DNA of 64,000 nt from an uncultured Clostridia bacterium (GTDB taxonomy: Bacteria; Bacillota; Clostridia; Oscillospirales; Acutalibacteraceae), in the NCBI GenBank assembly GCA_947589415.1, contig CANQBP010000005.1, positions 38,553 through 102,552 on the forward strand, read 5' to 3'. Within the stretch, counting starts at the first letter, position 1. Each line of letters begins with the position of its first letter. Below the pieces are notes generated by a model that was given only the letters and a program-made list of their open reading frames with translations, ran no database searches and was not told where the DNA came from. This document shows, one piece after another, positions 56,013 through 64,000 of the stretch. A program made the translations under genes and the position numbers.

Positions 56013-56741
56013 TTAATCACCCCCTTCAATAACAGCTTCTGCTATCATATCGGCAATTTCATACTTGCCTTTTCTGCTTTTGATATTCTTTTCCCTGTCG
56101 ATAAGAAATCCTTCGTGCGCACCCGACTCTACGCTGACATAATCGTTTGCAAGAACATAATCGCAGCCGTTTGAAATGAGCAGCCTGTATGCGGTATCAA
56201 TAAGTTTCTCATGCGGTACGTTATCAAGCAGCTTAAATCCTATTATTACGGCTTTGGGAAGTAATTTTCTGAATATCGGAAGTACTTTCGGGGTTTGCTC
56301 CAAAAGTATTATAGGATTTTTAATATCGGAAGGTATCTTATTATAAGTTTTGAGAATATCAAACTTATCAAATTTATCCATAAGCTCTTGACTTCCGATA
56401 TTTCCCGCCTCCCCGGCAGGCAATACAGCTCGAACACGGTAATCACTTACAGCCATACTATGTACTACCGCATCTATTTTTTCCTCGGCGCAGAGTTTTC
56501 TTACAACATTTTCGAGATCCTCCGCACTTTCAATGCCGATCATAACTGCACCGGGAACATCAGGTATGCAGGAATTTTTTGCATGGACAAAATATATGTT
56601 TCCTACCCCGCTGCGTTGTGCAAGATTTTCGGCAACCAGACTTCCGAGTTTCCCTGTCCCGGTATTCGTAATGCTGCGCACACGGTCAATAGCCTCAATC
56701 GTTCCCCCCGCTGTTATAAGTATATTTTTTGTCATTGCCAT
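56013..56741 (-). CDS. coaB: Phosphopantothenate--cysteine ligase
   Basis: ILITAGGTIEAIDRVRSITNTGTGKLG...AVSDY is the CoaB pattern. 242 aa. Confidence 0.88.
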   Translation of the reverse strand: MAMTKNILITAGGTIEAIDRVRSITNTGTGKLGSLVAENLAQRSGVGNIYFVHAKNSCIPDVPGAVMIGIESAEDLENVVRKLCAEEKIDAVVHSMAVSDYRVRAVLPAGEAGNIGSQELMDKFDKFDILKTYNKIPSDIKNPIILLEQTPKVLPIFRKLLPKAVIIGFKLLDNVPHEKLIDTAYRLLISNGCDYVLANDYVSVESGAHEGFLIDREKNIKSRKGKYEIADMIAEAVIEGGD

Positions 56742-56849
56742 TCACCTCTTAAAATTTAACAAAAATTAGTATATATATCATTATATCAAATAATTGCGTA
56801 AAATAACAGATTTTTTAACTGAAAAATTGTGACCGATTTTGAAAATATA

Positions 56850-56878
56850 TTGAATATTGATTGAATAAGTGATATAAT
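56850..56878 (+). promoter_or_regulatory. Promoter of the 56900 gene
   Basis: TTGAAT (56850-56855), a 17-nt spacer ending TGa, then TATAAT (56873-56878). Confidence 0.55.
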
Positions 56879-56899
56879 CATTTTTTAGGAGGGATCAAT

Positions 56900-57532
56900 G
56901 TGCATACTATAAGCACCGTTAAAGGCTTATTCGGGAAATTCATTACTCCCGCCATGAACGGCTTTAAACTGAATATTACTAATAATTCGTTTGTTTATAC
57001 AAGAACCGAAAAAGAATCAATCCAGCAAATTGAATTTGTCCTCCGGATTTCAACGAATGATGATAAAATAGTCTATTTTAAAATATATCCGAGAATTAAC
57101 GTATATTTTAAAAAGGTTAATGATCTTGCCGAAATTTTTTTTAATAAATATATCTCGGAGAATTATCTTGACAGTACCGTGGACTGTTCCACCTATTCCG
57201 CACCCGTGGGCAATACTTATAAATTTATCAGAAACAACAGACAAATCAAAAATATGGATACAGATGATTTTTCGGAAGAAACAAAGCATATCGGTCAAAT
57301 CGTATCCGAAAAGGCTCTGCCTATGCTCGAAAAACTTAAAAATACCGATGACTTAATATCATGTTGGGAAAATAATTTACTTTTGTACCCGCATAGAATT
57401 GCTGTTTATGTCGTCAGCGCATATATGCTCAAGGGCAATAAGGAAAAAGCTATTGAAACAGCCGAGAAATATATTAAAAATTCCTGTTCCCCGACCGACC
57501 TCAAATTATCTGACAAACCCGCTGACAAATGA
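56900..57532 (+). CDS. Hypothetical cytoplasmic protein (DUF4304-like N-terminus, low confidence)
   Basis: GTG start with AGGAGGG 5 nt upstream. FGKFITPAMNGFKLNITNNSFVYTR resembles the DUF4304 pattern. Confidence 0.5.
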   Translation: MHTISTVKGLFGKFITPAMNGFKLNITNNSFVYTRTEKESIQQIEFVLRISTNDDKIVYFKIYPRINVYFKKVNDLAEIFFNKYISENYLDSTVDCSTYSAPVGNTYKFIRNNRQIKNMDTDDFSEETKHIGQIVSEKALPMLEKLKNTDDLISCWENNLLLYPHRIAVYVVSAYMLKGNKEKAIETAEKYIKNSCSPTDLKLSDKPADK

Positions 57533-57642
57533 TTTTGTACACTAACCGCATTTTGTCGGTAAACATTGCCGCTCTGTACTTACGGCGAAAAATTTACCAA
57601 TTTTTTCGTCTTACCTATCTTTATTTTCAACAATAAGTCAAG

Positions 57643-57671
57643 TTGACTGTACGGTAAAAAAATTGTAGAAT
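57643..57671 (+). promoter_or_regulatory. Promoter of the DUF815 ATPase / lipoprotein pair
   Basis: TTGACT (57643-57648), a 17-nt spacer ending TG, then TAGAAT (57666-57671). Confidence 0.5.
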
Positions 57672-57708
57672 ATACTATATACTTATTTATACAGGACGAT
57701 GAATTGTT

Positions 57709-58962
57709 ATGAATAAAATCAAAGAAGCGGCAATGCTTATGTCATCTTTATCCGTTTACAGAGGCATAATGAAAAGAACCGTTCCAATGGCTTTTTACAG
57801 ACTTTTATGTGCCTCGGAACTTCCCGTGCGTGAATTTTTGCAGGCATGGGGAGATTTTGTCGGGTTGCTTTACAACAGGGGATATGCGGACTCACTTGCA
57901 AAATGTCTTACGGAAGCTGCTCTTTTCGATGAGAATGCATTTTCTGAAGCTGCCGCAGCAGGTGATGTCGGGCTGCTGAAAAAAAGTGTCCTTGATGCTG
58001 CCGAAAGGGATATTCGTGTTATAAATCATATAAGCAAAATAACACCCGACGATATAATTAACGCCTGCCTGGGCGATAAAGAATTTGAAAATGTTGCGGC
58101 AAGCCTCCCACGTTGGGAAACAGGGGAACCGCTGCCCCAGTTCCAAAACGAAAAAGACTCTTTAAAACTGATTGCGGAATTTCATCAAAAAAACGGCTGC
58201 GGTATGTTTGCACGTTTCCGTGCCTTTATATGGAGGGAAAGGGATATTATGCCCGTTACTTTCCCCGATACTATAACAATGAACGACCTTAAAGGCTATG
58301 ATATCCAAAGAGGTCTTGTAGAAGATAATACGGTCGCATTCCTGAACGGAACAAAATGCAATAACTGCCTGCTCTACGGTGACAGAGGAACAGGAAAATC
58401 CTCAACCGTGAAGGCAATACTGAATAAGTACTGCAAATACGGTCTTCGTATGGTGGAAATGCCCAAAGACAGACTCGGAGAATTTCCGTTGCTCGTTGAA
58501 AAAATTGCGGCTATTCCCCTAAGATTTATTATATTCATAGACGACCTTTCCTTCAGCGGTGAGGATAAAAGCTACGCACAACTAAAAGCAGTACTTGAAG
58601 GCGGACTCGCTGCAAGACCCGACAATACGCTTATATATGCTACTTCAAACAGAAGGCATCTTATAAAGGAAAGTTTTTCCGACAGGGACGGCGACGATCT
58701 CCATAGAAATGATTCCATTCAAGAATCGCTGTCACTTTCCGACAGATTCGGATTATCGGTTAATTTTATGAAACCCGATAAGGCGGTATATCTTGAAATA
58801 GTGAATAGTCTGGCTGACGAATACAAAATTGATACTGATAGGGATAAGCTCGATGCGGCTGCCGAAAGATTTGCCCTTGAAAGAGGAGGACGTTCTCCGA
58901 GATGTGCAAGGCAGTTTATCGCCTCACTTCGTGCGGGACTTATCGGTATTAACGAAAGATAA
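57709..58962 (+). CDS. DUF815-type AAA ATP-binding protein
   Basis: Walker A LLYGDRGTGKSS, Walker B IIFIDDLSF, and SNRRHLI. 417 aa. Confidence 0.8.
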   Translation: MNKIKEAAMLMSSLSVYRGIMKRTVPMAFYRLLCASELPVREFLQAWGDFVGLLYNRGYADSLAKCLTEAALFDENAFSEAAAAGDVGLLKKSVLDAAERDIRVINHISKITPDDIINACLGDKEFENVAASLPRWETGEPLPQFQNEKDSLKLIAEFHQKNGCGMFARFRAFIWRERDIMPVTFPDTITMNDLKGYDIQRGLVEDNTVAFLNGTKCNNCLLYGDRGTGKSSTVKAILNKYCKYGLRMVEMPKDRLGEFPLLVEKIAAIPLRFIIFIDDLSFSGEDKSYAQLKAVLEGGLAARPDNTLIYATSNRRHLIKESFSDRDGDDLHRNDSIQESLSLSDRFGLSVNFMKPDKAVYLEIVNSLADEYKIDTDRDKLDAAAERFALERGGRSPRCARQFIASLRAGLIGINER

Positions 58963-58981
58963 CAGTTAAGGAGATAATAAA

Positions 58982-60334
58982 ATGAAAAAATTTTTTACAC
59001 TAATCATAACCGCAGCCCTGCTTATGTCATCTGCTGCCTGCGGCAGTTTCAACGGAGGTGAATATCCCGTAAAAATTGCGGGTTATACATTCAATTCAAG
59101 TCCCGATTCCGTTATCTGCCTTAGTGACTCTGTTGCCGATATTCTTATTTCATGCGGATATTCCGATGTAATAACCGCCAAAAGTGACGAATGTACCCAA
59201 GAGGAACTTTCCGATATACCGACAGTCGGTTCAAAATCAAGTCCGAATATCGACAAAATAAACGGACTTGCCCCGGACGTTGTTTTTATTGACGAAACTG
59301 TTTCATCAAACGTTAAGGAAAAAGTCAATAAAGATAATATTAAAGTACTGAACATGGCAACGGCAAAAACCGGCAGCGATATAACCGTCCTCTTTGAAAG
59401 TCTGGGTTCGATTATGGAGGGCAATAAAACAGGTAGGAGTAATGGCGAAAAAGCGGCATCATCTTTACTTATAACATTGGGTGATCTTCAAAGGCTTGTA
59501 CCCGAAGATGATATTGCTAAAACTGCCTGTTACCTGTACAATACGGATTGCGATGCAGCCACGGACAGCAGCTTTTGCGGAAAACTGTTTGAGTATGCTA
59601 ATATTATAAATATATGCGGAGGGTGCAGCACAAAGACCGATGTCCTCAATGCAATAAACAGAGATGACCCCGAATTTATCTTCTGCCCTAAAGGTGTCAA
59701 AGATAAAATAATGTCCGATAAAAAATTTGCTGATGTCAGGGCTGTTCAAAATAAAAACGTTTACGAGATTGATAAAAATGTATTCCAAAGACAGGGTGAC
59801 TCTATGACGGAAGTACTCTCCGACATCATAGAAAGTATATATCCCGATCTCGGCAAAACGGAACAGTCATCGCAAAATTCCAAGTCCGAATCGTCCTCAC
59901 CATCAAAACAGGAAAACTCTAAATCGGAGAACTCTAAATCAGAAAACTCAAAGAATGATACTTCTAAATCCGAGGAATCCGAAAAAGAAACTTCAAAGCA
60001 GGAAAACTCAAAAACAGAAACTTCTAAAACCGAAACCTCTAAATCCGAAACATCAAAGGTAAAAGCCGATAATTCCTTAAAAATAACCGAATATACGGCT
60101 TTCGGTCAGGGAGATGAAAACGACGATATCAAGAAAATTCAACAGCGACTTAAAGATCTCGGATATGGCGACTTCAAAGATGGTATAACAAATTACTTCG
60201 GAGAACAGACGGCTAAGGCGTTCAAAGCATATCAAAAAAATAATGGTATGACCGCAGACGGATTTGCAAGCTATGAGGCTCTAAAACTCCTGTTTTCGGC
60301 AGATGTCAAGCCTGCAAAAGCAAGCAGCAATTAA
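58982..60334 (+). CDS. Lipoprotein: BtuF/siderophore-type periplasmic-binding domain, S/K/E/T repeat linker, and C-terminal peptidoglycan-binding domain
   Basis: Lipobox SSAAC. The PBP type-2 pattern reads PDSVICLSDSVADILISCGYSDVI...IPTVGSKSSPNIDKINGLAPDVVFID...KNVYEID. The linker is ENSKS/ETSKT. The C-terminus reads IKKIQQRLKDLGY...FGEQTAKAFKAYQKNNGMTADG (PG_binding_1 type). Confidence 0.7.
   Translation: MKKFFTLIITAALLMSSAACGSFNGGEYPVKIAGYTFNSSPDSVICLSDSVADILISCGYSDVITAKSDECTQEELSDIPTVGSKSSPNIDKINGLAPDVVFIDETVSSNVKEKVNKDNIKVLNMATAKTGSDITVLFESLGSIMEGNKTGRSNGEKAASSLLITLGDLQRLVPEDDIAKTACYLYNTDCDAATDSSFCGKLFEYANIINICGGCSTKTDVLNAINRDDPEFIFCPKGVKDKIMSDKKFADVRAVQNKNVYEIDKNVFQRQGDSMTEVLSDIIESIYPDLGKTEQSSQNSKSESSSPSKQENSKSENSKSENSKNDTSKSEESEKETSKQENSKTETSKTETSKSETSKVKADNSLKITEYTAFGQGDENDDIKKIQQRLKDLGYGDFKDGITNYFGEQTAKAFKAYQKNNGMTADGFASYEALKLLFSADVKPAKASSN
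59912..60058 (+). repeat. Degenerate 15-bp (5-aa) tandem repeat encoding the ENSKS/ETSKT linker
   Basis: GAAAACTCTAAATCG GAGAACTCTAAATCA GAAAACTCAAAG ... GAAACTTCTAAAACC GAAACCTCTAAATCC GAAACATCAAAG, about 10 units in frame. Confidence 0.8.
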
Positions 60335-60364
60335 GGACTGCTTATATGATAATAAAACTGTTTA

Positions 60365-60405
60365 ACCCGACTTACAGCCGATTTGTGTTTGGTTGTAAGT
60401 CGGGT
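60365..60405. terminator. Hairpin between the convergent lipoprotein and phosphoesterase genes
   Basis: 12-bp stem ACCCGACTTACA (60365-60376) / TGTAAGTCGGGT (60394-60405) with a 17-nt loop. Confidence 0.5.
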
Positions 60406-60458
60406 GTTCATATATACATAATAAAAATTTACTGCCGACACGCACATTCAAGTATAAA

Positions 60459-60956
60459 TTACGGCTGCATACTTTTCACTATTTCATCAAATTCTATCGG
60501 GCAATAATCAATACGCTCAACAGATACACAATAATGCTGACGGCTGTAATCCTTGACAATAGGGGAATTGTGAACATGACCAAATAAATTAGCATACGGC
60601 ATATTTTCGTTTATATATAAAGGTTCATGTGATAATATCCAAAAACCGCCGTATAAAACAGGCATATCATAAACCTCGGCAAAACCTGCATTTCTGTAAT
60701 ATTCATTGCTCTGTATATCGTGGTTGCCCTTAACGAGATATTTTATCCCGTTAAGCTGTAACAAAATTTCCTTTTCCCTACCGACTGCGCCAAAATCACC
60801 GAGTACATATACACTATCCTTTTTACCTACCTTTGTATTCCAACGCAAAAGTAATTCCCTATCCATTTCATGTATATCCGCAAACGGTCTGTTTTCATAT
60901 CTTCGTATATTATCCTCACCGAAATGAGTATCCGCAATAAAAAATACCCTGCTCAA
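60459..60956 (-). CDS. Metallophosphoesterase family protein
   Basis: FFIADTHFG, LGDFG, GNHD and GHVH motifs. 165 aa. Confidence 0.85.
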   Translation of the reverse strand: MSRVFFIADTHFGEDNIRRYENRPFADIHEMDRELLLRWNTKVGKKDSVYVLGDFGAVGREKEILLQLNGIKYLVKGNHDIQSNEYYRNAGFAEVYDMPVLYGGFWILSHEPLYINENMPYANLFGHVHNSPIVKDYSRQHYCVSVERIDYCPIEFDEIVKSMQP

Positions 60957-61011
60957 TAAAATTCCCCCTTATTACATCTGAAAATTTTTATTATCCGTAA
61001 TTCCATTATCC

Positions 61012-61061
61012 AAAAAAATGATATGTATTGTATTTTTCAATATTTAAACACAATACATATC
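61012..61061 (-). terminator. Rho-independent terminator after the FAD/Rieske gene
   Basis: The minus strand reads GATATGTATTGT, an 18-nt loop, ACAATACATATC, then ATTTTTTTGG. Confidence 0.75.
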
Positions 61062-61083
61062 AAAAGTCAAGCATTATTTTTTA

Positions 61084-62388
61084 TCATATCCGCTGCGGCA
61101 AATCTCCGTTTGACGGATTATCAAGTAATTTCCCGCTCTCATCAAAACGTGATCCGTGGCAGGCACAATCCCATGAATGTTTGCTCTCGTTCCACTTTAA
61201 TGCACAACCGAGGTGAGGACATCGTTTCTTTGATATTTTTAACAAATTCGCAGCAGCCTTAATTCCATTTATAAAAAGCTGCGGCTTGATCATATTTCTT
61301 GACGGACTGAAAATATCCTCATATTCATTCTTTCTCCCAACTGCCATATCACTCAAAAGCATTGCCGAAACCATTGATCCTGTCATTCCCCATTTATTGA
61401 AACCGCAGGCAGTATAGAGGTTATGCGTATTTTTTGAATATCGCCCTATATACGGTATATTGTCAAGACTCATGCAGTCTTGTGCCGCCCAATGACATAC
61501 CTCCCTTGCGGACGGATATTTTATTTTTGCAAAGCGTCTTACCTCCTCCGAACCTCCGCCCCTTTCTCCCGTTCTATGTCCTCCGCCGCCGAGAAGCAAT
61601 AGGTCATTGTAATTTCGGAAAGACAGACCCTTTTTATTTTCGTCAACATACATACCGCAGAGCTTTTGTGCATTTTCAAGTGCAATTACATATGAGCGGT
61701 GTTGATACAGTTTAAGATAATAACTGCCATGCTTATTGATAAAAGGAAAATGCGTTGTGACAATAACCCTATCCGCACTTATTTTCCCGCTGTCTGTTAT
61801 CACTGTATTTCCAACCGTTTCACGTACAAATGTATTTTCATATATATTCAGCCCTCCGACAATCGAAGCAATAAACTTTAAGGGATTAAATTGTGCCTGA
61901 TTTGCAAATTTTACCGCACCCGCTATTTTTAACGGCAGCTCCGTACTCCTGCAAAACTCGGCGTTATATCCTATTTTGCCGAGTGCCGCCATTTCATTCT
62001 CAAGTTTTTGGCGGTCATCAACAGAATAAACATAATTATCCCTTATTTCGTAGTCACAATCAATATTCTTACAAATCTCACCATATTTATTAAATGCCGC
62101 CTTATTCGCCGACAAATACATTTTTGCCGCTTCCGTACCGCTGCTTTTAAGTATTTTGTCATATATAAGTCCGTGCTGAATTGTTATTTTTGCCGTAGTA
62201 TTTCCCGTTATTCCCGAACATATCCTGTTCTTCTCGACAAGAATATAATCAACGCCTGCTTTTTGCAAAAAATAAGCAGTAAGTATTCCTGCCATGCCTC
62301 CGCCTATTATAAGAACATCAGTATTGATATCCCCGCTTATTTTTCCGAACCTCGGAATGTCAACTGTTTTATACCATATTGAGTCCAT
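61084..62388 (-). CDS. FAD-dependent oxidoreductase with a C-terminal Rieske [2Fe-2S] domain (YhfW-like)
   Basis: VLIIGGGMAGILTAYFL is a dinucleotide fold. The C-terminal CPHLGC...CACHGSRF is the Rieske CxH...CxxH motif. Confidence 0.85.
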   Translation of the reverse strand: MDSIWYKTVDIPRFGKISGDINTDVLIIGGGMAGILTAYFLQKAGVDYILVEKNRICSGITGNTTAKITIQHGLIYDKILKSSGTEAAKMYLSANKAAFNKYGEICKNIDCDYEIRDNYVYSVDDRQKLENEMAALGKIGYNAEFCRSTELPLKIAGAVKFANQAQFNPLKFIASIVGGLNIYENTFVRETVGNTVITDSGKISADRVIVTTHFPFINKHGSYYLKLYQHRSYVIALENAQKLCGMYVDENKKGLSFRNYNDLLLLGGGGHRTGERGGGSEEVRRFAKIKYPSAREVCHWAAQDCMSLDNIPYIGRYSKNTHNLYTACGFNKWGMTGSMVSAMLLSDMAVGRKNEYEDIFSPSRNMIKPQLFINGIKAAANLLKISKKRCPHLGCALKWNESKHSWDCACHGSRFDESGKLLDNPSNGDLPQRI

Positions 62389-62593
62389 AACTGCTCCTTA
62401 TCATGTCAAAAATATCCTTTTTGTTTTGATATCAGTATTGACAATAAAATAAAAAACAATCATTATCTTTATAAACATTTTTTATAGTTCAGTTATAACA
62501 AATAAATATTATAAATACAACGAATTTACAAAAAATTGAAATATTATAGACTTCAATACAATAATTCACATAATAGATTACTGCTTATTTTTA

Positions 62594-63931
62594 TTAACTC
62601 TTAAGCGTATTCATCCAGTTTCTCCTATACAAGACTACAAGAGAAATTCCCAAACGTACACATTCCTCAAGTGAAAGTATAAAATAAACATACGGGATAG
62701 ATAAGCCAAAAACAAAAGCTGAAAGAAAACCAAGCGGTACACCAAAAATCCATGTTCCGATTATATCAATAACCATAATATATTTGGTTTTTCCACCACT
62801 TCTTAAAATACCACCGCCGACAATCATGTTAAGAACCTTGAACGGTACAACCAATGCATAGGCTGTCAGTATCTGAATCGTAAGATTGCGTACATATTCA
62901 TCGACATTATAAATCATAACATAATACGGCATTATAAGTACGATAATAACCGAGAATAAAATCGAGCCGACCGCACCATACAAAATAAGTTTTTTGGAGG
63001 CATTATATGCCTCGTCAAATTCTCCGTCACCGAGTTTTTTCCCTATTATAATACCTGCTGCCTGACTTAGACCGCATAGGGCACCGATTGTTAAGGACTG
63101 AACAGGATTTGTAAGTGTCATAGCGGCACAGGCATCAGTACCAATATGTCCGTATATTCCTGCATACACATTTTCCCCAAAGCTCCACATAAACTCACTG
63201 AACAAAATCGGCATAAGCATAGTTAAATATTGTTTGTAATTAAATTTCCTGACGTTCGCGAATTCATCCGTCTTTCCCAAAAATTTCCTATATTTAATAT
63301 ACATAATAAGTATAAGTATAAAATTCACAGCCTGAGAAATCAGTGTAGCAATCGCCGCACCAGTTATACCCAATTCGGGAAATCCGAACTTACCGAATAT
63401 AAGTAGATAATTCAAACCGGTATTTACAACCGCAGCCGCAATTCCGGCATATAGGGGCAAAGATGCCTTTTCCATACAACGGAGCATTGTTGAAATTATT
63501 GTTGCCCCTGATGTAATAATAAAACCCCATGCAGTTATGAAAAGATATCCCCCGGCAGATTCCACAGCCGCCTCGTCCTCAATATAAAGTCCCATAATTT
63601 GTCTTGGCATAACGGCACAAAGTACGGTAAAAATCACAGCGACACCGATGGCAAGCATAAGATTGACAGATAAACTTCTCCTAACCTCCGCATGGTTTTT
63701 CTGTCCGATATATTGAGAAATCATTATTCCCGCAACCGCACTTACTGCCGAAACCATTACGTTAAATATTCCCGTAAATTTTCCCGCAAGTCCGACAGCC
63801 GTAACATCAACACTTCCGAGCTGACCAATCATTACTTGATCGACAACGCCGAATGAAGCTTGAAGCATAGATTGAAGTGCAACGGGAATCGCAAGAATAC
63901 AAACTGAATATAAGAATGACGATTTTTTCAT
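62594..63931 (-). CDS. MATE family efflux transporter
   Basis: 12 TM helices. MKKSSFLYSVCILAIPVALQSMLQASFGVVDQVMIGQLG is a typical MATE N-terminus. Confidence 0.88.
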   Translation of the reverse strand: MKKSSFLYSVCILAIPVALQSMLQASFGVVDQVMIGQLGSVDVTAVGLAGKFTGIFNVMVSAVSAVAGIMISQYIGQKNHAEVRRSLSVNLMLAIGVAVIFTVLCAVMPRQIMGLYIEDEAAVESAGGYLFITAWGFIITSGATIISTMLRCMEKASLPLYAGIAAAVVNTGLNYLLIFGKFGFPELGITGAAIATLISQAVNFILILIMYIKYRKFLGKTDEFANVRKFNYKQYLTMLMPILFSEFMWSFGENVYAGIYGHIGTDACAAMTLTNPVQSLTIGALCGLSQAAGIIIGKKLGDGEFDEAYNASKKLILYGAVGSILFSVIIVLIMPYYVMIYNVDEYVRNLTIQILTAYALVVPFKVLNMIVGGGILRSGGKTKYIMVIDIIGTWIFGVPLGFLSAFVFGLSIPYVYFILSLEECVRLGISLVVLYRRNWMNTLKS

Positions 63932-64000
63932 AAATATCACCCCTGTCAGTTCCATTATAGACCGACAGGGGTGTTAATGCAAAACTTAAATACATAAGTT

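Overview
This is a low-GC Firmicutes (Clostridia-type, spore-forming) chromosomal window with about 53 protein genes. I found no rRNA, tRNA, CRISPR array, transposase or integrase. All calls come from reading motifs in the supplied translations and DNA; no similarity search was run, and family names are from memory.

Layout:
- 0.4-34.3 kb is mostly core housekeeping. The minus strand carries trmFO, then plsX-rnc-radical SAM-smc-ftsY-rdgB-yhbY-nadD, then yqeK-rsfS-leuS. Also here are glyA, spmAB, abrB, a yitJ-type Hcy-methyltransferase/MTHFR fusion, an ABC-2 exporter with a two-component system and HtrA, and lepA followed by a tightly coupled DUF3783/GIY-YIG/RecQ/AlkD-like cassette.
- 34.6-44.3 kb looks accessory. 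It holds an ATP-grasp gene, a flippase, a decayed acyltransferase-3 pseudogene, a 1279-aa surface papain-family protease with 8 x 36-bp tandem repeats, and two tandem paralogous zinc-ribbon/4-TM proteins of unknown family.
- 44.4-64 kb has a MalQ-GlgP single ORF, pncC, rsmE, mtnN, a MacB-like ABC, an XRE regulator, split coaB/coaC, a DUF815 ATPase, a BtuF-like/PG-binding lipoprotein, an FAD-Rieske oxidoreductase and a MATE pump.

Best leads:
1. The paralog pair plus the giant protease may form one uncharacterised unit.
2. The MalQ-GlgP fusion depends on one base of an A7 run and still carries an SD and an ATG at the junction.
3. The XRE gene has two identical 12-bp near-palindromic boxes over back-to-back promoters. 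One of these is a perfect consensus promoter with no gene behind it.
4. FtsY has a C-terminal rather than N-terminal acidic domain.

Several ORF-track starts were shortened where an SD-supported internal start or an internal promoter was visible.
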